Below, in pieces: positions 37,986 to 49,590 of a stretch of 64,000 nucleotides of DNA. This DNA comes from Candidatus Magasanikiibacteriota bacterium (GTDB lineage: Bacteria > Patescibacteriota > Patescibacteriia > Magasanikbacterales > UBA922), in assembly GCA_021648085.1 (NCBI GenBank), contig JAKITS010000001.1:682759-746758 (forward strand), read 5' to 3'. The position numbers were made by a program, and so were the translations under genes. Numbering within the stretch: the stretch's first letter is position 1; each line of letters begins with the position of its first letter. The notes under the pieces are model-generated. The model did not search any database, had not been told where the DNA came from, and saw only the letters and a program-made list of their open reading frames with translations.

Positions 37986-39854
37986 TTACTTTACTTTCCT
38001 TATTCCTTTTCCCACCAAAAATTCAAAAGCTTTTTGCTCTATTGTTTCTTTTTCAAGCAAAGATTTCACAACTTTTTCCAATTCTGGCTTATATTTTTTC
38101 AAAACCACTTTTGCGCGATCAAGTGCCTCATTCAACAATCCATTAATTTCCACATCAATAGTTTCTGCAGTTTTTTCACTATAATTTTTCTTGTCATGAA
38201 TTTCTTGCGCCAAGAAAATCAACTCTTCACGCTCACCATACATTCTAGGTCCAAGCTTATCACTCATTCCATATTGCATTATCATTGCAGTTGCAGATTT
38301 TGTAGCTTGCTTCAAATCACTAGATGGACCGGTAGAAATTTCATTATCACCATAAATCATTTTTTCTACAACATATCCACCCAAAGTCATAGCCAAATCA
38401 TCTTTAAACTGCGCACGAGTTCTATATCGCACATCGTTTTCTGGCATACTCAAAGTATATCCACCAGCACTACCACGACTAATAATAGAAACTTTACGAA
38501 CAGGGTGACAATTTTCCAAGAAATGCCCAACAATTGCATGTCCAGCTTCGTGGTAAGCTGTCATTTCACGCTCTTTTTTCTGCATAACTCTAGACTTCCT
38601 CTCTGGCCCAAGCAAAACTTTTTCGATACTTTCCAAAATAAAAACCTCACTAATTTCTTTTTTGTTTTTACGCACTGCCAAAATTGCAGCTTCGTTTAAC
38701 AAACTCTCCAAATCTGCCCCAGTAAATCCAGGCGTTCTCTCTGCTAAGTTTCTCAAAGAAACCTTTTTAGAAAGTGGTTTATTTTTTGCATGAACTTTTA
38801 ATATCGCCTCTCTGTCGGTAATATCCGGCATATCTATCACAACTCTTCTATCAAATCTACCGGGACGCAAAAGTGCTTTATCCAAAACATCTGGTCTATT
38901 TGTAGCTGCAATAATAATCACACCAGAATTTGGCTCAAATCCATCCATCTCTACCAAAATCTGATTCAAAGTCTGCTCTCTTTCATCATGACTTCCACCA
39001 AGTCCTGCTCCACGCTTTCTTCCTACCGCATCTATTTCATCTATAAATATAATTGCTGGTGCAGCTTTTTTTGCTTTTCCAAATAAATCACGAACACGAC
39101 TTGCTCCAACTCCTACAAACATCTCCACAAACTCCGATCCACTAATGTGGAAAAACGGAACATCCGCCTCTCCTGCCACGGCTTTTGCCAACAAAGTTTT
39201 TCCAGTTCCCGGAGCTCCCATCAAAAGTACGCCTTTTGGAATTTTTGCTCCCATTTTTTCAAACTTTTTTGGAGTTTTCAAAAACTCAACAATTTCTTCC
39301 AGCTCCTCTTTTGCTTCTTTTGCTCCTGCAACTTTGCTAAAATTTATCTTACTTTTACTATCTTTATTAAATTCTTTTGCTTTACTTTGCCCAAAACCCA
39401 TTGCTTTGTTATTTACTCCTTTTACCTGTCTTGTCATGAAGTAAATAATCACCAAAATAATAAACAACGGCAATAAATACGGTGCCAAAATAGCCAACCA
39501 AACAACAAAACCTGTCTCTTCTTCTACAAAAACTTCAATCGCACGAACTTTATCTTCTGCAACACCATAATCAGACATAATATCTGAAAATGATTGTCCA
39601 AATTCTTTTTTTACTTGCTGCTCTTTTGCTTCCTCATTATGTAGTTGAACAAAAAGCTTATCCCCACGAACTTCAATTTTTTTGATTGACCCGTCTTCTA
39701 CTTCTTGAACCAACTGAGTAATTCCAATCTTGTCTGGCTCTTCTGTGTTCATATCTACAAAACTCAAAACTGCAGCAATTGAAAATAATATCAAAAATAT
39801 TGCCAAAAAATTCTTTGTCATTCCAAATTTTGTATTGTTTTTTTTCTTTTTCAT
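37986..39854 (-). CDS. ftsH: ATP-dependent zinc metalloprotease FtsH
   Basis: AAA+ Walker [20 protein letters not shown] zinc site. Two N-terminal TM helices. Confidence 0.95.
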   Translation of the reverse strand: MKKKKNNTKFGMTKNFLAIFLILFSIAAVLSFVDMNTEEPDKIGITQLVQEVEDGSIKKIEVRGDKLFVQLHNEEAKEQQVKKEFGQSFSDIMSDYGVAEDKVRAIEVFVEEETGFVVWLAILAPYLLPLFIILVIIYFMTRQVKGVNNKAMGFGQSKAKEFNKDSKSKINFSKVAGAKEAKEELEEIVEFLKTPKKFEKMGAKIPKGVLLMGAPGTGKTLLAKAVAGEADVPFFHISGSEFVEMFVGVGASRVRDLFGKAKKAAPAIIFIDEIDAVGRKRGAGLGGSHDEREQTLNQILVEMDGFEPNSGVIIIAATNRPDVLDKALLRPGRFDRRVVIDMPDITDREAILKVHAKNKPLSKKVSLRNLAERTPGFTGADLESLLNEAAILAVRKNKKEISEVFILESIEKVLLGPERKSRVMQKKEREMTAYHEAGHAIVGHFLENCHPVRKVSIISRGSAGGYTLSMPENDVRYRTRAQFKDDLAMTLGGYVVEKMIYGDNEISTGPSSDLKQATKSATAMIMQYGMSDKLGPRMYGEREELIFLAQEIHDKKNYSEKTAETIDVEINGLLNEALDRAKVVLKKYKPELEKVVKSLLEKETIEQKAFEFLVGKGIRKVK

Positions 39855-40074
39855 AAATTCTTAATATTCCCACTTTTAAATAATGTCTTATAACTATAGG
39901 AGAAAATACATGTTTTGTCAATTAAAAAGTACGATTTTATTGACAAAAGTGTAAATAAATGATAATATTTTCTATTAAGAAGCTTCTAATAAATAAGTTT
40001 ATTAGAAATTCCTTAAAGTTCTTTATATTCACCAGATCTATGGCAAGATCTACCCTTAACAAAAGGAGAGGAAA

Positions 40075-40851
40075 ATGGAAAACGAGAAAAGAGACAGGAA
40101 ATCTTGGGCTAAACTTTTGGCCACACTATTTGGATTTTTAGCGTCAGTATTTTGGATTTTGTATTTAGTTCTTGGTGCAGAATCTGTGCCGAGCGTATCC
40201 TCAATATTAATGTTTGATGATTTCGGTTTGGACTTACCATTTGAAATTTCAAGATGGTGGGATATTCCAGCGTTAGCTTTCATTGTTTATATTTTTACTT
40301 TGCAGGAAAAAGATTTGGAAAATATAAAAGGAATGATACTTGTTTTTATTTTCTTATTTTTAATACTAATTCTTTTTGATAATAAAATTTTTTTACCGCT
40401 TTTGTGTATTGAATTAATTTATGGAATTACATTAGGTTTGTATTTTTCAGAAGAACTAAACAACATTAATCCAATCGACAAAATTACCTTTAAAGAAATT
40501 CTCAATTTTATTCCAAAAAATCTTCTAATTGGAATTTGGGCAGGAATTAGTGTTGGAGTTGGAGTCTTCTACGGATTCACAATCGGAGCTGTTCTAGCTC
40601 TAGTCTCCACACTTAGTATTTGGGCTTTTGCACTAGTAATAATCTTCGGAAGGAAAAACTTCAAACTTCTTGTGCAAACAATTCTTGGAACTTTTATGAT
40701 GATAGCAGTTGCGACTGCATTCCTGTTTGGAAACATTCTTGCAGACTTAACAAAAACATTAGTTGCAGGAGGTGTATTTATAGTATTAGGAATTATCCTC
40801 ATAATATTGCAATCCAAAAAGAAAAAGAAAGTTGAGGAAATTGAAGAATAA
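40075..40851 (+). CDS. hypothetical polytopic membrane protein
   Basis: Multiple hydrophobic helices. SD aaaggagagg. A terminator at 40867-40896. Confidence 0.5.
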   Translation: MENEKRDRKSWAKLLATLFGFLASVFWILYLVLGAESVPSVSSILMFDDFGLDLPFEISRWWDIPALAFIVYIFTLQEKDLENIKGMILVFIFLFLILILFDNKIFLPLLCIELIYGITLGLYFSEELNNINPIDKITFKEILNFIPKNLLIGIWAGISVGVGVFYGFTIGAVLALVSTLSIWAFALVIIFGRKNFKLLVQTILGTFMMIAVATAFLFGNILADLTKTLVAGGVFIVLGIILIILQSKKKKKVEEIEE

Positions 40852-40929
40852 TTTCAGCGCCCAAAAGACCGGAGCAAATCCGGTCTTTTTTTTATTTTAT
40901 TTTTTCCCATCCTAATTTACCACCTCAAT

Positions 40930-41074
40930 CACGTCATCCTGAGCGGAACGAAGTGGAGTCGAACGGATCCCAGTGCAATATCATCAGAACTATGAATATT
41001 TTATGTTCTGGTTATTCTGTTGCGAGATCCATTCGACTCCATTCCGTTTCACTCCATTTCGCTCAGGATAACGT
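40930..41074. repeat. type-A inverted-repeat (MITE/REP-like) element, near-complete copy
   Basis: Arms cacgtcatcctgagcggaacgaagtggagtcgaacggatccc ... cgaatggagtcgaatggatctcg...cgctcaggataacgt (~145 bp). Confidence 0.75.
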
Positions 41075-41093
41075 AAATTATAAATAAAAATAA

Positions 41094-41121
41094 AAACTCA
41101 CTTTAAAAAGTGAGTTTTTAT
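41094..41121. terminator. bidirectional terminator downstream of rpsA
   Basis: aaaaactcactttaaaaagtgagttttt. Confidence 0.65.
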
Positions 41122-41138
41122 TTTTAAGTTTTGTAGTT

Positions 41139-42512
41139 TTAAGCTTTTTTCTCCTCAGTTGGAGTTTCAACTTTTTCTTCCACAGATTCTTCTTTTACTT
41201 CTTCAGTTGGAGTTTCTTCTACTTTTGATTCTTCTACCACTTCAGTAGGTTTTTCTTCAACTTTTTCTTTTTTAACTTTTTTCTTTTTTACAACTGAAGT
41301 TTCTACAACTTCCTTAGCTTTAAGCTTTTCAGCAGTCACTTCCTCAACTACAACTTCTTTTTTTACTTCTTCAACTTTCTTCTTAGCAGGTTTTACTTCT
41401 TTTTTCTTTTTCTTCAATCCTGCTACACGAAGTCCAAGTCTGTGTTCAGCTGGTTCTATATTTACGATTTCAAAATCATATTCTTTACCAACTTCAAACA
41501 TTACTTCAAGTTCACGACTGTCATGAATTGTTTTATCACTCAATTCAGAAATGTGAGCCAAACCATGAATTTCGTTATCAAGCTTTACCATCAAACCAAA
41601 TGGTTCAACTTTATGAACTTCACCCTTTACAACCTGATCAACCTGATAACGGTCTTTCACAGATTTCCAAGGATCTTCCACCAAACGCTTAACAGAAAGA
41701 TAGATTTTTGATTTATTTAAGTCAATAATTTGAGCTTGGACTTTCTGCCCAACTTTCAAAACATCTCTTGGGTGTTCAATTCTTTGCCATACAATTTCAG
41801 AAATGTGAACCAATCCTTCCAAACCTTCACCAAATTTGATAAATGCACCAAACGATGTCAGCGCACTAACCTCTCCATCTACAATATTTCCAACCTTGTA
41901 AGATTCAAGTACAGCTTTTTGATCATCTTCCCAAACAGCTTTTTCAGAAACGATTAATTTTTCATCTCTTTGGTCAACATCGATAATTTTTACTTGCAAT
42001 GTTTTTCCAATTAAAGCTTTTAAGTGTTCTAAAATACGATCTTTGTCTCCGCCAGGAACACGAGGATAATTTTCTGGACTCAACTGTGATACAGGCAAAA
42101 ATGATACTAACGCATCAACTTGAACCATAAGTCCACCTTTATTTGCTTGCAGTATTTTAGCTGGAACAGTCAAACCACTCTCTACCAAATCTCTCATTTT
42201 ATTCCAAACATTTTCATAACCAGCCACACGAAAAGACAACTCAACTTCACCAGTTTCATTTTCCAATTCTACAACTGATGCTTCAATTTCCTCTCCAACT
42301 TTTAAATTTGAATATACTTCTGATTCAGAAAACAATTCTTTTCCACGAACAATTCCTGTAGTCACTCCGTTTACATCTATCCTTACAGATCCGTTTTCAA
42401 TAGAAATAATTTTACCTTTTACATTGTCTCCTACATCTGGAACATTTGCAAAATAATTGTTTAACAATTCTTCGAAACTTCCACCTTTTTTTGTTTTAGC
42501 TTTTTCAGCCAT
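41139..42512 (-). CDS. rpsA: 30S ribosomal protein S1 with a Lys/Glu-rich C-terminal extension
   Basis: Four S1 (OB) domains with G..V.G.V motifs. Long KE-rich tail. Confidence 0.85.
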   Translation of the reverse strand: MAEKAKTKKGGSFEELLNNYFANVPDVGDNVKGKIISIENGSVRIDVNGVTTGIVRGKELFSESEVYSNLKVGEEIEASVVELENETGEVELSFRVAGYENVWNKMRDLVESGLTVPAKILQANKGGLMVQVDALVSFLPVSQLSPENYPRVPGGDKDRILEHLKALIGKTLQVKIIDVDQRDEKLIVSEKAVWEDDQKAVLESYKVGNIVDGEVSALTSFGAFIKFGEGLEGLVHISEIVWQRIEHPRDVLKVGQKVQAQIIDLNKSKIYLSVKRLVEDPWKSVKDRYQVDQVVKGEVHKVEPFGLMVKLDNEIHGLAHISELSDKTIHDSRELEVMFEVGKEYDFEIVNIEPAEHRLGLRVAGLKKKKKEVKPAKKKVEEVKKEVVVEEVTAEKLKAKEVVETSVVKKKKVKKEKVEEKPTEVVEESKVEETPTEEVKEESVEEKVETPTEEKKA

Positions 42513-42907
42513 ACTAATTAATAATTAAATTTAACCCTTATACATACATGTGTGTGGGTTGCTCCAAATGGAGCTAAATAAATGGAACCTTTGGTAAAAA
42601 TAGCACCGTCACAAAATCTTCAAATTTTGAGCGAGATGAAAAAAAATCTTTGTTCTTTTAAAGTATACAAAATATTTTTTCTTAAAATCATAGCCAAAAT
42701 TTGGAGATTTTAGTAGGTGATGTGTTTACTAAAGGTTCCTGAAGTGCTAACTATAACACAACTCTTGAAAAAAATCAAGTACAACGAACACAGATTGTGT
42801 GCAACATATTCAAAACCGTACTTGCACAGAGTAATAATCTAAGATACAATATGAAAGCAATCAAAAAAATACTTAATTTTTAGCTATTAACTCTTAAATC
42901 TGAATTT

Positions 42908-43522
42908 ATGCATATAACCTGGCTAGGCAGTACTGCTATAAAAATACAGGCAAAACCAAAGCACGATGAAGTATCTATTGTAATAGACCCATACAAACCA
43001 GAAGTTGGAAGTTTTCCAACAAATTTGGCTCCAGATGTGGCTGTTTACACTCAGGGAGATGAAAACTCTATCACAGTTGGTGAAGCTTTTTCACTTTCTA
43101 TGCCTGGAGAAATAGAAATTAAAAATGTTTTAATATCAGCAGTACAAGGAAACAAAGAAAAACAGACAATGATTCGAATAGATGCAGAAAATTTAAGTTT
43201 AGCCCACCTCGGAAAAACAAAAAAGACACTTACAAACACCCAACTTGAAGTTTTGTCTGGTGTGGATATTTTACTTCTTCCAGTTGGTGGTGGAGATGAA
43301 ATGTATACAGCACAAGAAGCTATGAAAGCTGTAAACGCAATAGAGCCTAGAATAATAATTCCCATCGGACACAAAAGTGACAATGATCCAAAAGCAGATG
43401 AAGTTGAGAGGTTTATAAAAGAAATAGGAATAAAAGCAAAAGCAACAGACAAAAAAATAATTATAAAGAAAAAAGACTTGCCAGCAGAAGAAACAGATGT
43501 TTATATACTAACAAAAGAATAG
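42908..43522 (+). CDS. MBL-fold metal-dependent hydrolase (UPF0173/Lactamase_B_3-like)
   Basis: The pattern ITWLGSTAIKI...D......H matches this family. No further motif. Confidence 0.6.
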   Translation: MHITWLGSTAIKIQAKPKHDEVSIVIDPYKPEVGSFPTNLAPDVAVYTQGDENSITVGEAFSLSMPGEIEIKNVLISAVQGNKEKQTMIRIDAENLSLAHLGKTKKTLTNTQLEVLSGVDILLLPVGGGDEMYTAQEAMKAVNAIEPRIIIPIGHKSDNDPKADEVERFIKEIGIKAKATDKKIIIKKKDLPAEETDVYILTKE

Positions 43523-43523
43523 T

Positions 43524-43928
43524 ATGCCAAGTGCAAACAAATCTACAGATAAAAAAGTAGATTCAATGCCAGGAATAATTGTAGGTCGTATCACAAAAGA
43601 AACAGTTTCAAAAGAGAACTCAAAAAAAATACTTAAAAAGAAAAAAATTATACTTTGGGTATCTGTAATTTCAATAAGTTGTGTTATTCTTATTATGTGG
43701 ATTTTAAACATGAGTATACTTTTCTTCGATATAGATTTTCAAGAAAAAACAGAAGAAGGCATGTTTAAAACTGCAAAGTTTGAATTTAACACAACAATGG
43801 ATGAATTTCTTTTGAAAGATGAAAATGGTAAAAATAAAAATATAATAACCGAGATAGAAAAAACCTTGGAACAAATTGTAAGTAGCACAACACAAACCGC
43901 AACAAGTTCTGAAGAAAATATAGAATAA
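43524..43928 (+). CDS. hypothetical membrane-anchored protein
   Basis: One TM helix. Coupled to its neighbours. Confidence 0.4.
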   Translation: MPSANKSTDKKVDSMPGIIVGRITKETVSKENSKKILKKKKIILWVSVISISCVILIMWILNMSILFFDIDFQEKTEEGMFKTAKFEFNTTMDEFLLKDENGKNKNIITEIEKTLEQIVSSTTQTATSSEENIE

Positions 43929-43931
43929 AAT

Positions 43932-46463
43932 ATGCCAAAAAAACAAGAAGAGTTGAGCGTAAAACCACAAAACATAAAACCAATAGAATTGGTAAAAGAA
44001 ATGGAAACATCTTATTTGCAATATGCAATGAGTGTTATTGTCTCTCGTGCATTACCAGATGTTCGCGACGGATTAAAACCTGTTCACAGAAGGATTTTGT
44101 ACGCAATGTGGGGAATTGGACTAAAACATAATGCAAGATTTAGAAAATCTGCCCACGTAGTTGGAGAAGTGATGGCAAAATACCACCCTCACGGAGACTC
44201 CGCTATCTATGATTCTATGGTTCGTATGGCGCAAGACTTTAGTATGCGTTATCAATTGGTAAATGGACAAGGAAACTTTGGGTCATTAGATGGCGACTCT
44301 GCTGCTGCTATGCGTTATACCGAGGCAAAACTTCAAGCAATTGCAGAAGAGCTTCTTTTTGATATAGAAAAAGACACTGTAGATTTCAAAGCAACTTATG
44401 ACGGATCTCACAGAGAACCTCGTGTATTACCAGCCAAATTACCAAACCTTCTTTTGACAGGAAGTATGGGAATTGCAGTTGGAATGGCAACTAATATTCC
44501 ACCGCACAACCTTACCGAACTTTGTGATGGAATAACACATTTAATAGAAAACTCAAACGCAACAATAGAAGACTTAAATAAAATTATAAAAGGACCAGAC
44601 TTCCCTACCGGAGGTATTATTTACGATAAAAAAGATATTGCTGTAGCATACGCCACAGGAAAAGGTGGTGTTGTAATGCGTGCAAAAATAGACACAGAAG
44701 AAAAAAAACCAGGTTATCATCAAATTATTGTTAGAGAAATTCCATATCAAGTAAATAAATCTAGGTTAATAGAAAAAATTGCAAATCTTGTTCAAGAAAA
44801 GAAAATGACAGACATAAAAGACTTACGTGATGAATCTAACAAAGATGGAATTCGGATTGTAATTGAGTTGAAAAGAGATGCTTTTCCAAAAAAAGTTTTA
44901 AATAAATTATATAAACTTACAGATCTACAAACAAAATTCCATTTCAATATGCTTGCACTTGTAGATGGAATTCAACCAAGAATTTTGAACCTAAAAACAA
45001 TTTTAGAAGAACACATAAAACACAGACAAGTCGTGGTTGTTCGCAGAGCTGAATTTGAACTTGCAAAAGCAAGAGCCAGGGCTCATATTTTGGAAGGTTT
45101 GAAAAAAGCATTGGATAAAATAGACGAGGTAATAAAAATTATCAAAAAATCCAAAAACAAAGAGGAAGCTAAACAAAACTTGATGGCAAAATTTAAATTT
45201 AGTGAACTTCAAACTATTGCTATTTTGGATATGCGTTTGCAACAATTAGCAAACCTGGAACGCCAAAAAATTGAAAATGAGTTGAAAGAAAAAATGGTAA
45301 TTATCAAAAAATTGGAAGGAATTTTGAATAGTCCAAAAAAGATATTAGGCATTATTAAAACAGAAATTTCAGAAATAAAAGAAAAATTTGGTGATACAAG
45401 AAGAACAAAAATTGTAGCTCACGGCGTAAAAGAGTTCAGAATTGAAGACTTAATTCCAAACGAACCAACTCTTATTATCGCTACACGCGACGGATATATA
45501 AAAAGACTAGATCCGAACTCATTTAAAACTCAAGGTCGCGGAGGAAAAGGGGTCATTGGGTTAGCGACAAAAGAAGAAGATGTTGTAGAGCATTTAATTT
45601 CCACATACACTCACGACAGACTATTACTTTTTACCAGCAAAGGACAAGTTTTCCAACTTTATGCTCATGAAATTCCACAAACAACAAGAACCTCCAGAGG
45701 TAATGCTTTAGTAAATTTCTTACAACTATCCCCTCGCGACAAAGTCACATCAATCCTTTCAATGGATGATATAAATAAGTACAAATTCCTAATAATGACA
45801 ACAACGAAAGGAACTTCAAAAAAGACAAAAATTAAAGATTTTGAGACAGTGAGAAAATCTGGTTTAATTGCAATTAAATTGAAAGATGGCGACAGACTTG
45901 AGTGGGTTCGTCCATCTAGTGGAAAAGATGATGTTGCAATTGTCACCAAAAAAGGTCAAGCAATTCGATTTAAAGAAAAAGACCTAAGACCAATGGGTCG
46001 TGCTGCAGCTGGTGTTAGAGGAATAAGACTAAAAACAGATGACGAAGTTGTAGGAATGAATGTGGTCACACTAGAATCAATAGAACAGAGTGATGCACTT
46101 CTTTTGGTAGTTTCAGAGCTTGGTAGAGGAAAAAAGACAGCTCTCAAATATTACAAAGTTCAAAAAAGAGGTGGTAGTGGAATAAAAACAATGGCAATCA
46201 CTCAAAGAACCGGACAAATTGTAAAAGCCAAAGTTCTAAGAAAAAGTGCAAAAGACGATCTACTTATAATCACAGTAAAAGGACAAATAATTCGAATCCC
46301 TTTGAAAAGTGTCTCTACACTTGGACGCGCAACCCAAGGTGTAAGAATTATGAAATTCAAAGCGGTTGGAGACAAAGTAGTGAGTTTGGCGCTACTAGAA
46401 AAAGCAAATCCAAAAGAAAACCTTGCACTTCCACTTGTAAAAAAAGAAGGAACGAAGAAATGA
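43932..46463 (+). CDS. gyrA: DNA gyrase subunit A
   Basis: Active-site region [14 protein letters not shown]-like [11 protein letters not shown]-terminal beta-pinwheel repeats. Confidence 0.95.
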   Translation: MPKKQEELSVKPQNIKPIELVKEMETSYLQYAMSVIVSRALPDVRDGLKPVHRRILYAMWGIGLKHNARFRKSAHVVGEVMAKYHPHGDSAIYDSMVRMAQDFSMRYQLVNGQGNFGSLDGDSAAAMRYTEAKLQAIAEELLFDIEKDTVDFKATYDGSHREPRVLPAKLPNLLLTGSMGIAVGMATNIPPHNLTELCDGITHLIENSNATIEDLNKIIKGPDFPTGGIIYDKKDIAVAYATGKGGVVMRAKIDTEEKKPGYHQIIVREIPYQVNKSRLIEKIANLVQEKKMTDIKDLRDESNKDGIRIVIELKRDAFPKKVLNKLYKLTDLQTKFHFNMLALVDGIQPRILNLKTILEEHIKHRQVVVVRRAEFELAKARARAHILEGLKKALDKIDEVIKIIKKSKNKEEAKQNLMAKFKFSELQTIAILDMRLQQLANLERQKIENELKEKMVIIKKLEGILNSPKKILGIIKTEISEIKEKFGDTRRTKIVAHGVKEFRIEDLIPNEPTLIIATRDGYIKRLDPNSFKTQGRGGKGVIGLATKEEDVVEHLISTYTHDRLLLFTSKGQVFQLYAHEIPQTTRTSRGNALVNFLQLSPRDKVTSILSMDDINKYKFLIMTTTKGTSKKTKIKDFETVRKSGLIAIKLKDGDRLEWVRPSSGKDDVAIVTKKGQAIRFKEKDLRPMGRAAAGVRGIRLKTDDEVVGMNVVTLESIEQSDALLLVVSELGRGKKTALKYYKVQKRGGSGIKTMAITQRTGQIVKAKVLRKSAKDDLLIITVKGQIIRIPLKSVSTLGRATQGVRIMKFKAVGDKVVSLALLEKANPKENLALPLVKKEGTKK

Positions 46464-46560
46464 TGATAAATCGTTAACGCTCGATGGATCATTCGCTTCG
46501 CTCATTTGATAAATCGAAAAACCATGTTTTTCTTGATGCATAACTTCGCTTGAATAAAGA
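46464..46560. repeat. repeat unit related to 11277-11384 (cgctcgatggatcattcgcttcg), flanked by direct tgataaatcg
   Basis: Immediately follows the gyrA stop. Confidence 0.55.
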
Positions 46561-46623
46561 ATTTAGGGATATTTTATAATAATTACTACCGTACCGAGGC
46601 AAGTCTCACTGTATTACTATGAA

Positions 46624-46664
46624 TAAAACAAAAAACGCTATTTAAATAGCGTTTTTTGTTTTAT
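46624..46664. terminator. bidirectional terminator
   Basis: aacgctatttaaatagcgtt with A/T runs on both sides. Confidence 0.7.
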
Positions 46665-46715
46665 ATTTTTTTACTTACTCTACCTAATCTGCTTTTTTGT
46701 CTGTCTCATTTTTTC

Positions 46716-47120
46716 TTAGGCTGCCATTCTGTCATCTGTAGAAAGGCTTTCAATTGTTTTTCTTAATTCAGCTATAGTTGCTTCTGTTTCAACTTTTATT
46801 CTATTACTCCTTGCTTCTATTTCTGCTTTTTTTATACCTTCTCCTCGTTTTTTAATTTCTTTGTTTTTCCTTTCTGATTCTACTTCCCTCTCTTTTCTTT
46901 CACGAACAAGTTTTTCCATTGGAGTTTCACTTTCCGCTTGTTCCATTTCTTTTAATCGTTCTTCACCAACCTCTAATTTAGTCAACCTTTCTGAACTTTC
47001 AGCATCTACTTGTTCTTGTTTTACTTTAGCCTCCAAAGCTTGGGACTCTGGAGAATTTGGATCAAGAGCCTCGCCAATTTCTCTTTTATTTACACCTCTG
47101 ATAAAACCTCTTCCCTCCAT
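46716..47120 (-). CDS. hypothetical Lys/Glu-rich coiled-coil protein downstream of ruvA
   Basis: Coupled to ruvA. Low-complexity sequence. Confidence 0.4.
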   Translation of the reverse strand: MEGRGFIRGVNKREIGEALDPNSPESQALEAKVKQEQVDAESSERLTKLEVGEERLKEMEQAESETPMEKLVRERKEREVESERKNKEIKKRGEGIKKAEIEARSNRIKVETEATIAELRKTIESLSTDDRMAA

Positions 47121-47124
47121 ATAT

Positions 47125-47703
47125 TTATCTACTTAAAAGTTTTAATGCTTCACGAAGTAATGCTTCGCTGTTTTTGTTTGGATCTTTAATTCGTTTCGCG
47201 GCAGCGCGCGCTTCTGCTTTGGAATACCCCATTGAAACAAGCCCATCTACCACATCAGCCAAAGCTCCATTATCAGCTTCCATTTCTCCAGCGTCTACCA
47301 ACTTCTCTATTTTACTTCTTAGCTCCACTATCATCCTCTCAGCCGTCTTCTTCCCTATTCCACTCACTTGCGTTAGATAACTTACATCTTTTCTAGCTAT
47401 TGCAGATGAAATTTCCTTTATACTTCCAAGTGTCAAAATATGCAAACCACTTTTTGGACCAACTCCAGACACAGATATTAAAAGTTCGAAAAAACCTTTT
47501 TGTTCTAAACTTTCAAATCCATACAAATCCAAAGCATTTTCTGCAACTTTCAAAAATGTGAATAATTCTACTTTATCCCCAATGTTTTTCTGCACCAAAA
47601 AAGTCGGCACAACTCTTATTTCATACCCAACCCCCTCTCCAGCCAATACCACAAAAGAAGTTTTAGTCTTCCCAATCAATTTTCCACTCAAAAATGCAAT
47701 CAT
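47125..47703 (-). CDS. ruvA: Holliday junction DNA helicase RuvA
   Basis: OB-fold N-terminus (MIAFLSGKL). Tandem HhH motifs (GVGPKSGL, GIGKKTAERM). C-terminal domain. Confidence 0.85.
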   Translation of the reverse strand: MIAFLSGKLIGKTKTSFVVLAGEGVGYEIRVVPTFLVQKNIGDKVELFTFLKVAENALDLYGFESLEQKGFFELLISVSGVGPKSGLHILTLGSIKEISSAIARKDVSYLTQVSGIGKKTAERMIVELRSKIEKLVDAGEMEADNGALADVVDGLVSMGYSKAEARAAAKRIKDPNKNSEALLREALKLLSR

Positions 47704-47809
47704 AATTTTTTTTAAGAGTTTCTATTGTAAACCCCACTATATTGTATCTTTATTCCAACTTTTGGTCAAAAATAAAAGAGCAGGGATAAACCGCCACTCT
47801 TTGTTTTTA

Positions 47810-48091
47810 TTATGCAATTATACTTTCGCAAACTACAGACATTTTTTTTAGATCTTCCACTTCCCTCATAAAAAATTCAAAAGTAAAACCTATTTTAATA
47901 GCTAAAAATGAACAATCTTCTTTTCCTGAAAACCCATAAGTTTTAGAAATACCTTGCAAAGCCTCGGTCCACAAATTATGTAAACCTACTTCACATACTA
48001 AATTTAAAGACTTTAAATAAGTATTTCTAAGAATCTCCTTTCTTTTTATATTCATCCAAACCTCCTTTTGAAGATTAATACATTTAACCAT
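47810..48091 (-). CDS. hypothetical small protein
   Basis: ORF only. No SD. Confidence 0.25.
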   Translation of the reverse strand: MVKCINLQKEVWMNIKRKEILRNTYLKSLNLVCEVGLHNLWTEALQGISKTYGFSGKEDCSFLAIKIGFTFEFFMREVEDLKKMSVVCESIIA

Positions 48092-48119
48092 AAAATAACT
48101 TAAATGTCAATAGCAAACC

Positions 48120-49457
48120 TTACAAATTCGCAGATTCATTAAATTTATTATAAAGACTTATATTTCTTTTTTGTAAAATTTTTCTAATTTCATCTGCCAA
48201 TATCTTTTTTTCTTCCTCATTTTCAACAAAATTATCTAACTCACTAGCTAAAAAATATCCTATTAAACTTTCGTCCGGTGGAAGCATTCTATTTGTAGTC
48301 AAATTTGCATAAAATTTATTTGCGATTAAATCGTCTACTTCACCAGATTTTATAGCTTCAAATAAACTTTGAACTGGTATCCTCATTTCATTATTAAACT
48401 TTTGTGTCATTTTTCTTTTTTCTAACATATCAAAATGACGACTTAGTTTTGTTCCTAAAATATTTTTTTTCTTTTTTTTTGTTCCAGCTTCAGACCGGTC
48501 TTCTGCAATATCTTGCCAAAATTCTACAAAACCAGTATCTCTATTAAATTCTCCTCCTTTTAAATTACTATAATAAGGGTCTGTTACTTTTTTATCATTA
48601 AGTCCCATACCAAAATCTATTACAAAAACATCTCCATTTTTATCCATCATTATGTTTCTTTCATGTAAATCACGGTGATAAATTCCATTTTCATTTAACA
48701 ATTTAATAGTGTTGGCAATTTTTGAAAAAAAATCTTCAGGCAAACGAAATTCAGAACCCTCCCCCTTTTTACCCTTACCAATTCCAAAAAAATCTACCAC
48801 TTTTGCTACATTTTCTCTATCCAACAATTCTTTTCCTCCCCCTGTTGTACCAGACTTTGAAAATTTTAGTGCAACTTGAACCTCATAAGCCAACTGTTTA
48901 AAAGATGTATTTTCTAATTTTAAATCTATAAGTTTTGGATGTCTTTTTGCAACCTCTTCAAATAAAATTGTGTTAAAATCCTTTCCATCAACCGCATCCA
49001 TAATAATAACATTTAGACTTCCCCCTTCTCTCGCTGGAACACCATAATTAGACAAAGTCTCTGCTAATTCTGCGTCTAAATCTTTTAAATTATAATTAAT
49101 ATGTGCTTGTGGAATTTTTGCATATTCCTCGACTTTATCCGGACTACTTTCAAAAATACTATTCAACACATCATACGCACTAGACATAACATTAAATTCA
49201 TTAGTTGCTTCCGTAACAGAGTCTATTTTAAATATTTTAGACACAAGTGACTGTCCTTCAAATTTTGGGTTAACATTTTTAATTTCTTCATCCAAAACTC
49301 CTCCCTCAACCCTCACAATTACACCGTTATTACCTTCATTTATTTTTACACCTTCTTTTAGAGCTTTAACCAATAATTCTCTAAAAATAGCCTCTTTTAC
49401 TTCTTTCGATTCTTTTTGTATTTGTAAAGCTCTTTCATTTCTATTATTTTCTGACAT
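48120..49457 (-). CDS. protein-kinase-like fold protein (HRD/DFG catalytic motifs)
   Basis: IYHRDLHERNIMMD and VIDFGMG resemble the kinase catalytic loop and DFG motif. No canonical Gly-rich loop. Confidence 0.5.
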   Translation of the reverse strand: MSENNRNERALQIQKESKEVKEAIFRELLVKALKEGVKINEGNNGVIVRVEGGVLDEEIKNVNPKFEGQSLVSKIFKIDSVTEATNEFNVMSSAYDVLNSIFESSPDKVEEYAKIPQAHINYNLKDLDAELAETLSNYGVPAREGGSLNVIIMDAVDGKDFNTILFEEVAKRHPKLIDLKLENTSFKQLAYEVQVALKFSKSGTTGGGKELLDRENVAKVVDFFGIGKGKKGEGSEFRLPEDFFSKIANTIKLLNENGIYHRDLHERNIMMDKNGDVFVIDFGMGLNDKKVTDPYYSNLKGGEFNRDTGFVEFWQDIAEDRSEAGTKKKKKNILGTKLSRHFDMLEKRKMTQKFNNEMRIPVQSLFEAIKSGEVDDLIANKFYANLTTNRMLPPDESLIGYFLASELDNFVENEEEKKILADEIRKILQKRNISLYNKFNESANL

Positions 49458-49590
49458 ATAAAATAAATTAACCTAATTTAAGCCAAAATACTTGACAAAA
49501 CACCCAAAATATGCTATAATTATAAGATTCCTTTCGGTATAGTTCCGTCTGGATGTCCTTTTTACAACATGCCCACAAAAGGAGGCAAGT

